NCBI RefSeq assembly: GCF_009914755.1
Contig: NC_060936.1
Source of the DNA: the human T2T-CHM13v2.0 reference genome, Homo sapiens
Direction: 5' to 3' (one strand)
Length of the DNA stretch: 64,000 bases
Both the position numbers and the translations under genes were made by a program. Of the stretch, positions 25,101-37,309 are shown piece by piece. How positions within the stretch are numbered: the first letter of the stretch is position 1; the number at the start of each line of letters is the position of its first letter. The notes below the pieces were generated by a model, which was given only the letters and a program-made list of their open reading frames with translations, had not been told where the DNA came from and did no database searches.

Positions 25101-25409
25101 GACGGATTGAAGATCAGATCAGATACAGCGGAAGAAAGAACTACTGGACTGGAAGGTAAAGCTGATGGCCTTTTCCCCCATGAACCACGTAGAGATGAAG
25201 GAATGGGAAAGGAAGAGGAGAACCGTGGGCTCTGCCAACCATTCCCCTGTGGGAGCGTGCTTGGTCTAACCTCACTCTTCCTTTTCCATTTTGCTGTGGC
25301 CACCTCTGCCACCTCAGAGGTTCCTAGGTGCCATTCCCACTGCCTGGGCCTCTCATATCCTGCCTCTTCCCAGGAATAATTTTCATTTCATAGGTGTCAG
25401 CTCAAGTCC

Positions 25410-25820
25410 CATTTAATGCATTCAACAAATATCTATCGTGCCTCGTGTTCTCACTTTGACTCAGCAGACCCTGTGGATAGAGAGTGAGACAGACAAGTCC
25501 CTGTCCTCATGGGGCACACACTCAAGGCTTGGGGGCATGGGGAGCAGATCATCAATAGGATGACACAGAAAGAAGCATATTTTAATTTTGATAAGCGGTA
25601 CGAAGGAAATAAAACAAGTTTTCTTCAGGGAGGCCTTCCTTGGCCATCTGATCTAACCTGGCCCCCTATTCTCTAACACGTTGGTCAATTTGTCAGACCC
25701 ATTGAGCTTAATCCATGAGAATGTCAGCTCTCTAAGAGCAGAGCCCTCATCTGCCTTGCTTATGGCCATGTCCCCAGTGCTGTGGACACAATAGCTGTTG
25801 GACAAATAAAAGAGACTGTA
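25410..25820. mobile_element. Two L2 3' fragments in opposite orientation
   Basis: CATTCAACAAATATCTA (minus, to ~25620), then CTTCAGGGAGGCCTTCC..TAAATAAAT (plus). Confidence 0.55.
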
Positions 25821-25929
25821 AATAAATAAGTGACTTTTAGTGGCTCTCAGAGGCAGGTGCTAGCCTCCCATGGCTAATTTTAAGCCTAGGAATGTCTTTG
25901 CTCTCATCCATCCCCTCCCCCTTTGCCAG

Positions 25930-26332
25930 CAGTGTGCTAGTAAAGGTTTAACAATTAACTCTTCAGGAAAACAAAATGACCAGAATACAATAAATACAAT
26001 AAACACACTTGATTTGTCATGTTTGCCAATTTCCATGGTGTAAATACTCCCATCGTGGGCAACTTCAAGTTACCAACATGACTCACCAGACGGAGATGGG
26101 AAGAGATGCCTGCAGCCCCCAGCGAGCGTTTCCTCCACGCAGTGAGCCTCAGGAGCACAGGTCATCACGGAGTGCATTGAAGCTGAGTTCTCTTCTACCT
26201 TTATTTCCAATACAATTGCTTTAAATGTACATTTATGTAATTTAATTTTTAATAATTCTGTGTTTACAACTGGCTCACAAAATTCCTGGAAAAAAAAAAA
26301 AAGCCTGTATGAACAGACTCCAGTGCACAACT
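25930..26332. mobile_element. MER63 (hAT-Blackjack) DNA transposon
   Basis: CAGTGTGCTAGTAAAGGTTTAACAA..GGTGTAAATACTCCCA..GGGAAGAGATGC. Confidence 0.7.
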
Positions 26333-28263
26333 CCCTGATGCTGAGAATGACCAGAAATGTAAGTGGATTGAAGGAAAGCCAGGTCGTTAACTCCCAAATG
26401 GCTTCCCACAAAGCGAGAAGTTTCTTCCTGCACTGGCACAAGGAGGCCAAAGACCAAAAGACATGTCTGAGGGCAAAGGATGGGGGTCATATGTTATTTG
26501 ACTGCACTAATGGCACTCAGTTGGCAAAAACCTCCTTTTGTGAGTGAGGCCCACATTCCCACAGCGTCTGAGATAAATGGGCTCCACACTCCAGAATCCC
26601 AGCTAATTCAGCTAGTAGGAATGCAAACACTGATCTAAATTGAGGCCCCAGAACAGTCTCTTACATCTTCCTCGCCCCAGGGGGGATGAATGAGGAAGAT
26701 TACTTGTGGATTATAATTGCTTAAAATAGGTTGTGATGTAAAAATCTAATCCCTTCTACTCTTCAGTAGTAAAGTCCTACAGACAGAGAAATTATGCTTA
26801 ATGCCAGTGTATTGAAGGTAAAAAGAAAATTCCGTTCTCCCTCTGGGGGAAGAGGAAGGACATCTTTTTAGAGCTGTCAGAATTCACAAGCCATAATAAA
26901 TTATTCTTTTTCATTACTGATTTATTAAGCAGGCTGCTTGGTGTAATGGCAGAAAATTTCTGTTTAATTTTCATAGTATTAGATGACTGTGATTCCCGAT
27001 CTGAAATCAACTTGAGTTATTAAAAGAAGGGAATGTATTTAATGTCGTGCATCAGGGTCTGTCTTCATTAAATTCTTCCAACTACAGGGTTTAAGCATTT
27101 ATGCAACATGGCTGTTGTTTGCTTGGAAATGAGACAACAGCCCTTTCTTGGGACAGTCTGTGTCAGGTGTGCTCAGCCCAATACTCTTCCATTTTAGTGA
27201 TTGGCAGGAAAGTCAGCCATAAAATGCTAAAAATGGGTCTGAAAATCCCAAGCTAAAGAATCATAGAACCCAAATAATTCTCTACCATACATTTTCACTG
27301 GAATTAAGAGTTTTTAAAATACAACTGACCAAAATGTGAGAATCATTGATGTAGCTAGAACTGGGGTAAGCATGGTATGTGTCAGAAACTTTCAATCACA
27401 TACATGAAATTATAATTACGTGAGCAATATTTGTGCCCACGAAGGAGCAAAACAACGGTGCCTGGCTGCCTTTTGCTTATCCCTCTGCCGCTGGGAGGGT
27501 CTTACACTGAGTTACAGGATTTCACAGATCTTAGAATAAACAAGCACTCACCAAGTTCTTACTACGGGATGAGTAAGACTCATTTTCAGCCCTAGAGGAG
27601 GTTTTAAAATATTCTGGAAGACAATTATCTATCGAAGATCCACATGAAATACGGGATGTACAAGTCAGGTCTGAGAAGGTGCAGAGAGGCATATACTCCA
27701 CCCCACCTGGGGGGTCTCATCAGCTCCACCCCACCTGGGGGTTCTCACCAGGAGCTGAGCCTTCCCGGGTTTTATGGAATTCATCTGCAATAGAAATTTT
27801 GAATAAATGCAGCCTCTTACTGCCTTGCATAATATCATTAGAATTTTCTTGAATTAGCAGAACCAGTGAGTAACCGGGTACTACCCCATTCTAGGTAACA
27901 TAATCTCTAGGTTGTTCTGTTGAGTTTCACTTAGTAATCAATCTCTGAGTTTGCAGAAGCTGGCCAGGTACAAACGAAATGTGCAACTCTATCCAACTGA
28001 ATGAGCTTGGGACTTCTGGCCATGTTCTAAATATCTCCTTGGTGTCTTCATATGGGCATCCACTTTTCTTGGATGCAGCTGGCCAAATAGTTGAGACCAT
28101 TTCTGGAGTCTTCAATGGGGCTCTGCTACTGAATTGTTCTTTTCACATGGTGCTTTGAATACTAGGGCCACCATGAAGGCAAATGCCATTTGTTCCCCAT
28201 GAATAGAGGGAGGTGGCCCGGATCACCACCCAGCAACGTGCCCGGCACAAGGAGGGCACTCAT

Positions 28264-28282
28264 CAGTCACCAGGGGGCAGGT
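28264..28282 (+). promoter_or_regulatory. Candidate CTCF site
   Basis: CAGTCACCAGGGGGCAGGT is close to the CCASYAGRKGGCRS core; motif match only. Confidence 0.5.
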
Positions 28283-28369
28283 AAGTCCAACTTACCATGA
28301 CTGCTTCCACGGCTCTGGCATTCCCATAGAAGGGGCTGGGCCATCCGTCGCAAATACATTCCGATAAAG

Positions 28370-29040
28370 ATGAATGTTTAGAAGAAAATAAAACAGGGGT
28401 AAAGGGATAGAGGTAACATCAGCACAAGGAGGCAGGGTGAGGAGGATGCTGTAGATGGTGTGTGGATGCTGTGGGTCTCAGAGGGTGCACTTTCCTGAGG
28501 CTGGGATGACCACAGAAGCCCATCCTGTGAGGAGGTGAGGATGGCATTGATGCTGAAGCCCTCACGGGGCCCAGGGAAGACAGAGGACTGTGTGGAGCCC
28601 AGGAGAGCTGGGCAGGAACCAGGTCACACAGGACTTTCCAGCCCCCAGGAGGGAGTTGGCATTTTCCTCTAAGAGAATCCTGGGTCCACAGATGGTTTTA
28701 AGCAAGAGAGTAGCACAATGTTTATTTTAGAGGGGTCCCACTGGCTGCAGAGTAAGAAAGAAGATGCTGACTCCAAATGACCTCCAGGCAAGGTGTGAGG
28801 TGGTGTGTGCTTGGGTGGAAGAGGGCATGAATAGCAAGGGCTGTCCTTGAAATATGTTTGGAGACTGAACCAACAGGTCTTGCTAATTGACTGAATATGG
28901 GTGGGGAGGGTAGTGTGAGTTGGTATCCGGAACGACACCTATGTTTTTTGGCACCTACGGTTGGTGGATGGAGTTAGCGTTCAGCAGCAAGAGAAAGACG
29001 GGGAGGAGAACAAGCCTGGAAAATGGAGTGGCTGAGGTGG
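28370..29040 (-). mobile_element. L2 fragment
   Basis: GGTTTTAAGCAAGAGAG..GACTGAACCAACAGG..GACTGAATATGGG. Confidence 0.65.
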
Positions 29041-30382
29041 GAGAGGAAGGCTCTTGCTGACTGAACAACTTTGTGTTGGTGCTCTCCTGCCTCCCCGCCA
29101 GCAGGATTCACTGGGCCTGTGACATGTGACCACCTCCTGATCAGTCCACGGCCCGCCTCCCAAAATGGTGCCAAAAACACCGCACTGCATCTTCAAGGAA
29201 AAACATAAATAATTCCCTGCCAAGGCATTCCAGCCTGACTCAAAGGAGGTGGGGTTTGTTTGAAGAAAATCCAGCTCTCCTGGGCTGCCACCCACCTGTT
29301 CATCCACCAGGGACCTCCTCCTTGAAGACACCTGGATGTTTTGGACTTGGAGTCATTGACCCAGTTTGCGGATGGTAACGAAGGGGCAGGAGTTGTATTC
29401 ACAAAACCCACTGATCCAGAAAACCACGATCGGGAAGGATTTTCAATTTCAATGGCAGGGGTGGTGGGGGTGGTGGGGGTGGATATTAAAGGGGAAAAAA
29501 AGGAGCAGAAACAAAAATAACAAGGCCATTAATCTTTCATTAAGTTAAAGGGATGAAAAGGAATCGCTTAAAGTATCATTCTCTCCTCGCACCACAAGCA
29601 TGTTGCCCCCTGCCAACTTCAAAGGCTCCGAAGAGAAGTTGGTTAATATAGTTGGCACAGTATCAGGCTGTGGTTTACTTTTGCTTAAGTAGGATCTTTT
29701 TTTTCCTTTTAAACAAAGACAGCATAAGGGTCGGACGCTCATTGATGGGAGGTGCAACCTGTAACAGATGCCTTTGTGTTGGGCGCAGAGGCCTTTCGCG
29801 GCGGCTCTGCCAATCCGCGGTGGTTGTGGACTATTTGTCACAGACTCCAACAACCATCACAGGAAAAAAAAATCTGCCAGAAAGAGGGTAGAGAATAGAA
29901 TCATTGTTCTGTTCATTCTCCGCCTTCCGCCTCTGTAGAGTCAGGCCTGTTCTGTGACTCGGCATCAGGGCTCCTGGTGGCCTTCCTCAAAATGCAGTTT
30001 GCAGGAAAGCAAGCCAAGTGTCCCACTTTTCCTGCAGAGTGAGTGAGCGGACAATCCCTCACCTGTTTGCGAATGGGGGGATAAAGAGTTCTGCGCTCTG
30101 GGAGGCTGTATTTTTCTTTAAGGCAGTTCTGTTTATACTGAAAACAGAACTAATTGGCAGTGAGTGGCAGGGCTTTGTGGCTAGGCCTTGGCTCTGTGTT
30201 GCTGCGGCTGCAGGGGCAGGGCAAGCTGTCCCTCCTGGCAAGTGCCGAGGTCTGTGTTTGTTGGGAGGGTGTGGTGACCTGCGGAGGAGGCCAGAGCTGG
30301 AAGCCCAGCAGAGGTTTCTGAAGGCCATTATCAATGTCCTGCCATATTGAAAGGCCGTTTTTCCATGTCCATTCCTTGGTTT

Positions 30383-30673
30383 GTTTTTTTTTTTTTGTAC
30401 TTCATTATTTTCATTTTCTTAAGAGACAGGGTCTCACTGTGTAGTCCAGGATGGAATGCAGTGGTTTGACCATAGCTTACTGCAGCCTTCAACTCCTGGG
30501 CTCAAGTGGTTCTTCGGTACCACCATACCCAACTACTTTTTTTTTTTTTTGTAGAGATGGGGCCTCACTATGTTACCCAGGTTGGCCTTGAACTCTTGAC
30601 CTCAAGTGATCCTCTTGCTTCAGCCTCCCAATGTGCTGGAAGGGATTACAGTCATGAGCCACCATGCCCAGCT
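30383..30673 (-). mobile_element. AluJ with internal deletion
   Basis: T-tail and Alu body; TSD TTGGTTT. Confidence 0.85.
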
Positions 30674-30852
30674 TTGGTTTACTTTTAATGAGGAAGGCAG
30701 AGATTGGGGAAAAAAGACACGTTTGCCTTTTAGGAAACACGCCATAAATGTGATTTCCTAAAGTAAGTGGGTGCTTGGCCTTGCCTATTGGTGCCATAAC
30801 AAGTCAGGGTTAAGTACTTCAGATCCAGAGATAGGGTGACCAGAGGTCCCAG

Positions 30853-32358
30853 TGTGTCCGGAATTGGTGGGTTCTTGGTCTCACTGACTTCAAGAATGAA
30901 GCCGCGGACCCTCGCGGTGAGTGTTACAGCTCTTAAGGTGGCGCGTCTGGAGTCTGTCCCTTCTGATGTTCAGATGTTTTCGGAGTTTCTTCCTTCTGGT
31001 GGGTTCGTGGTCTCGCTGGCTCAGGAGTGAAGCTGCAGACCTTTGCGGTGAGTGTTACAGCTCTTAAGGCAGCGCGTCTGGAGTTGTTCGTTCCTCCCGG
31101 TGGGCTCATGGTTTCGCTGGGCTCTGGAGTGAAGCTGCAGATCTTCGCGGTGAGTGTTACACCTCATAAAAGCAGCGTGGACCCAAAGAGTGAGCAGTAG
31201 CAAGATTTATTGCAAAGAGCGAAAGAACAAAGCTTCCACACTGTGGAAGGGGACCCAAGCGGGTTGCCACTGCTGGCTCGGGCAGCCTGCTTTTATTCTC
31301 CTATCTGGCCCCACCCACATCCTGCTGATTGGTAGAGCCGAGCGGCCTGTTTTAACAGGGCGCTGATTGGTTCGTTTACAATCCCTGAGCTAGATACAAA
31401 GGTTCTCCACGTCCCCATCAGATTAGTTAGATACAGAGTTTCCACACACAGGTTCTCCAAGGCCCCACCAGGGCAGCTAGATACAGTGTCGATTGGTGCA
31501 CTCATAAACTTTGAGCTAAACACAGGGTGCTGATTGGCGTATTTACAATCCCTGAGCTAGACATAAAGGTTCTCCACGTCCTCACCAGAGCAGCTAGATA
31601 CAGAGTGTCGATTGGTGCACTCACAAACCTTGAGCTAAACACAGGGTGCTGATTGGTGTGTTTACAATCCCTGAGCTAGATATAATGACTCTCCACGTCC
31701 CCACCAGACTCAGGAGCCCAGCTGGCTTCACCTAGTGGATCCCGCACTGGGGTTGCAGGTGGAGCTGCCTGCCAGTCCTGCGCCGTGCGCTCGCATTCCT
31801 CAGCCCTTGGGCGGTCGATGGGACTGGGCGCCGTGGAGCAGGGGGTGGTGCTCGTCGGGGAGGCTCGGGCTGCACAGGAGCCCATGGAGGGGGTGGGAGG
31901 CTCAGGCATGGCGGGCTGCAGGTCCCAAGCCCTGCCCCGCGGGAAGGCAGCTAAGGCCCGGCGAGAAATCGAGCTCAGCGCTGGTGGGATGGCACTGCTG
32001 GGGGACCCAGTACACCCTCCACAGCCGCTGGCCCGGGTGCTAAGTCCCTCATTGCCCGGGGCCAGCAGGGCTGGCCGGCTGCTCCGGGTGCGGGGTCCGC
32101 CAAGCCCACGCCCACCCGGAACTCCAGCTGGCCCGCAAGCACCGCACGCAGCCCCGGTTCCCGCTCGCGCCTCTCCCTCCACACCTCCCTGCAAGCTGAG
32201 GGAGTGGGCTCCGGCCTTGGCCAGCCCAGAAAGGGGCTCCCACAGTGCAGTGGGTGGCTGAAGGGCTCCTCAAATGCCGCCAAAGTGGGAGCCCAGGCAG
32301 GGGAGGTGCGGAGAGCAAGCGAGGGCTCTGAGGACTGCCAGCACGCTGTCACCTCTCA
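30853..32358 (-). mobile_element. LTR12C (ERV9) full-length solo LTR, 1506 bp
   Basis: TGTGTCCGGAATTGGTGGG...GCTGTCACCTCTCA; perfect 4-bp TSD CCAG; U3 repeats with ATTGG boxes; CpG-rich. Confidence 0.95.
31260..31660 (-). promoter_or_regulatory. LTR12C core promoter: six CCAAT (NF-Y) boxes and an AATAAAA TATA-like box
   Basis: GATTGG at ~31327, 31365, 31491, 31532, 31610, 31651; TTTTATT at 31291-31297. Confidence 0.7.
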
Positions 32359-33259
32359 CCAGCATCCCCAGATGGCTCCAGAATCACTGAGTTAACAGCC
32401 TCTGAAACCCTCGACTTTCACTGCTTTGCAAGTATCGTCATTCAACCTACTGAATAAATTAAATCAGGTTGGGTCCTGGCTCCATCGTCATCCCTGGTGA
32501 GTTCTGGGCAGGCTGCTCACAGTCTGAGAACCTCTGCTTCCACTTGGCCCATGGTGAGAATAACATTCTTCCTGGGTTATTGTGGGGACTAATTGAGAGA
32601 GAGTACAAGACCCCATTTGCATGTCACAAACATCTGCTGCCTCCGTAAAACACAATGGGGAACAGTGGCAGGGAATGTTAGCTTGTCCAAAGCATTGAGT
32701 TTAGAAAGAAGAATGTTATGGTTTTTAGAAAACATCATGTATGTAGGCTGAAATAAATGTTTCTAATAGCTTACCTCTGTGGAGAGAACCACAAAACAAA
32801 AATAAGTTAGGAGGAGGGAGTGGTGGTGCAAGGCAAACCTCGTCTGCTGAGGGCCTGCCACGGGGTTTGGGGGTGCAGCTCTGGGGTGCCTTCTTCCAGC
32901 ACCTGGGAACTCTAAAGCATGTGGTAGTTTCTTTGCAGGGCTTCTGTGAATGTGCAAAATAGAGAACAGGGCCAGCACATAGTACACACTCAGTTAAAGT
33001 GAACTGATGACATCATTGCCGCATTTAGTAAGAAAATCTATGAATATAGATATATAGAGATAGATGTAAATATAGACGTAGATATATAGATACAGATATA
33101 GATAATAGAATATGTTTCAAAGCAGGCCACTAGAAGAGGGGCCAGTTGCTTTCCAAAGCTGGGGGAGACTGAGGCAGGCACTCAGACAGCACCGAACCTT
33201 CAAGGATCTTATGGATAAGCCATTCTGTGCTACTAGTGAAATAGTCATGATATATAACT

Positions 33260-33668
33260 ATTTTTTTGAGACAGGGTCTTGCTCTATTGCCCAGGCTGGA
33301 GTGCAGTGGCACAGTGGTAGTTCACTGAGACAGGGTCTTGCTCTGTTGCCCAGGCTGGAGTGCAGTGGCGCAGTGGTAGTTCACTGAGACAGGGTCTTGC
33401 TCTGTTGCCCAGGCTGGAGTGCAGTGGCGCAATGGTAGTTCACTGGAGCCTCAATCTCCATGCTCAAGCGATCCTCCTCTCTCAGCCTCCTTGAGTAGCT
33501 GGGACTACAGGTGTGCACTACCACATCTGGCTAATTTTCTTTTTATTTTTGTGGAGATGGGGTCTCACTACGTTGCCCAGGTTGGTCTCAAACTCCTGAG
33601 GTCAAGCAATCCCCCTGTTTCGGCCTCCCAAAATGTTGGGATTATAGGCGTAAGCCACTGCACCAGCC
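33260..33668 (-). mobile_element. AluJ carrying a 3 x 59-bp tandem array
   Basis: TGAGACAGGGTCTTGCTC...GTAGTTCAC starting at 33267, 33326 and 33385. Confidence 0.95.
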
Positions 33669-34199
33669 ATAACCAACTTTCTTAACTTCCAGTTAACTTC
33701 TTTCCATCTCAGTTTGGAAAATGAAAATATTTCCTGGCTCAAACTGTATGTCAAAGAAATCACAAAAATAAATCCCTAATTATCCATTTCCCTACATTAT
33801 AATTTGACTACTATACCCAGCATCTGAACCATACCCATGTCCAGAGCCAGGGCAGACTTGGTGAGTTGAGATCATAAACAACTGAAACCCAACATGACTG
33901 AAAAAACAAGATTCCTTTCTTGCTGAGGTTCCAGGCTCCTCACGGATCTCCGGGGGAGTTCTGCCCCGTGTTGCCCTCGGGGAGGGGGGGATGTAGGTTA
34001 ACAGAACTGCTGACACGTGGCCAGGCTCCATGCCAGAGGGAAAGGAAGTGTGACAGGACCTGACCACGGTGTGAGCCTGGTCAGAACCGGACCCAGGACC
34101 CCACCTCGCAGCAAAGGGGAAGCACAGTTGTGCCCCACATCGGGCACTCACTGGACATGTCCAATTGTCAAGACCTGGATTACCACCAATATGCGAGCT

Positions 34200-35018
34200 A
34201 CTCCCCAATCCATCCAAATTTCCTTCTCCAGGCTGGACCACTTCCCTGAACTCCAGACCCAAATTTTCTTCTCCAGGCTGGACCACTTCCCTGAACTCCA
34301 GACCCACGTATTCAACTATTTCTTTAACACCTGTGTTTGGAAATCTAAGAAAAATCTAACATATTGAAACCCAAACTTTTGGTCTTTCTCCCAAACATGC
34401 TTCTCCTACAATGCCCCCAATTCAGTTGGTGGTTAATTCTATCCTCCTAGTTAGTTGCTTGGACTAAAACTCTTAGACTCATCTGTCTTGCTCAAAACCC
34501 ACATCCAAACAATCAGCAAATCCTATAAGCTCCACCTTCAAAAGACCCAGAATGTGACCTTCCCCTGCTGCTGCTTACTGCCCTGGTGCAAGCCACCGTC
34601 TCTCCTCCCAGATGTTCACAATTGCATCCTAACCCGCTTCTCTATTGCCATCTTTGCAACCTTTAGTCCAATTCTCAACATGGCAACATGAGATGTTTTT
34701 TTAAAGATAAATCAAGACACACCTCTGCTCAAACCTTCCAAAGGCTTCCCAGGGCCACCAGAGTAGAGGATTTTCAGTTGACAATGGCCTTCAAGGTTCC
34801 CAGTGCCCTGATCTCCCACTACCTTCTTGAGGGCGTCTGCTTCCCTTCTCTCCATCACCTGCTCCTCCAGGCCACTCTGTTCCTCCACCCTCCAGGCACC
34901 GCCATCCAGAGGCTCTACAAGCAGCTCCCTCTGCCTGGCCCCTGCTCCTCCAGCTACCTGTGTGTTCTGTCCCTCACTGCCTTCCAGTGGTCAGTAAACA
35001 TTTGATGAATGAATGAAT
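34200..35018 (+). mobile_element. L2a 3' portion
   Basis: CCCTGAACTCCAGAC..CCCACATCCAA..CTCTGCTCAAACCTTCCA..TGAATGAATGAAT. Confidence 0.8.
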
Positions 35019-35701
35019 AGCTGTATATTCACTAGTAGTTGACGCCTGGGCCATGTGACCTGTAATTTTATAAGTAAGGATTACAAACACTAAAATCTTT
35101 GGAAAAGCAGTAGATATTGGCCAGTAGTGCCCTGGAAGGGGACAAACGATTGTTCCTCCTGAGAGGCACATTTGTCAGAGTGGGGCTGAGTGGGCTTCAC
35201 CCAAAGCATGGAGTGCAGGGCAGCCAAGGGGATTTATCCTCAGTTATCCCCAGGTTCGACACGTGCACCCAGCTAGAAACTCTATTTCGGAGCTCTCCCT
35301 TTAGCCCTGGCCAGGAATGGCAAGAGCTGGTGCAGCTGGTGGCCCAGGGATAGAAGACAAGGACCCACCCCAGATCGCCCCTCTGTCCCGCAGGGAGAGA
35401 TAGAAATAAGTGTTTTTCTTGTCTCTTGTTTGGGGCAGCCTCTATTTTATGCTCTCTCTTGGAGCAGTTCAGCCTGTATCCTAACTGCATCAATGCTGTG
35501 TTCAGGGCGGGGGGAGCGTTCGCCTTTTCATGCTCACGGTTGAGTCAAGAATGGGACTCTACAAGAGGGAGGCAGTTGGATAGGAAAGTGTAAACACTTG
35601 CATTGAGAGAGATTGTATTAAGCACACATATTTTTGGAGCAGTAGAGAGATCATTTGTCTTTTTTATATTAGCAGATGAAAAGAGGCAATACGGTAAAGT
35701 A

Positions 35702-36346
<645 letters not shown>

Positions 36347-37309
36347 TGAAACGGTCTCCTTGGGGAGCTGACTTACGCATGCAGAACTGTTCTCACACCT
36401 GCCTGGTTTGGAAAGGCACCAGGATACAGAAGGGAGACTGCATTAAAGTCACACAGGAGGGTGGGGGTAGCTCAGAAATCACAGACTCAAAGGAAAATGA
36501 TCCAATATTTCAAACAAAATCATGTCTCATGTATTTCTGCTCCATTACAATAGGGTAAGTTAGATCTAGTCTTACAGGGACTGCTATCTTAGATGTGGAA
36601 CTCTCTAAGTGCTTAAAACGTCTTCTATGTTATTACATATACAAAGGAGCTCTTTAATACAGCAACTGTCTGTGACACGGAAGTCATATCTCGATTTTCT
36701 TTGTCGACTAAAACCACTCTAACCTAGAAAGCTACACCACTACTGAAGAATTTAACCAGCATTCCCCACAGGTGAATGGGCACTAGGTATGACTCAATTT
36801 TAAAAGGAAACTGTTCATTGACTAAATTACCGAAATAGTCTACCTGTCTTCTGTTAGTACCGTATTTTTATGACTTTTTAATACATGCAAAATGTTTCTT
36901 GAGTAAAAGGCTGTGCAGTATTTCCTTTAAAATGGAAAGATCCTTTGTAATTTATAAATAGGTTCATCTCCCCATTGTTAAGCTATGAATAAATTCCATT
37001 GATTCATGGCTTTAGAAAATAAACTCTTCGGGATGTAATTACTTTTTCAACAACTTCTCAACAAATTCACTGCCATGAAGTCTTATTATGTGCTCCATAA
37101 AAACAAATCTAAAATGCAAAGCTAATGAACCAAAACATCATGCAAATCTGAGATGAAGTTTATGAAACATAGGGAAGATGTATGAAGGACTAGCTTCATG
37201 CCTAAACTCTGAATATCGTGACTTCTATATATGTAGCCATGAAGTCATGTACAACAGCTAATGGTAAGCAAAAGTTGATTGGCTGGAAAACACAGCATAG
37301 AATCTCAAT

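Noticed and set aside
31676-32395. Overlapping 100-170-aa GC-rich ORFs and apparent CpG island
   Set aside because: Intrinsic to LTR12C U3; stop-poor because of GC content
33267-33443. CRISPR-like regularly spaced repeats (also 17283-17650)
   Set aside because: Head-to-tail repeats without unique spacers, eukaryotic context, no cas genes
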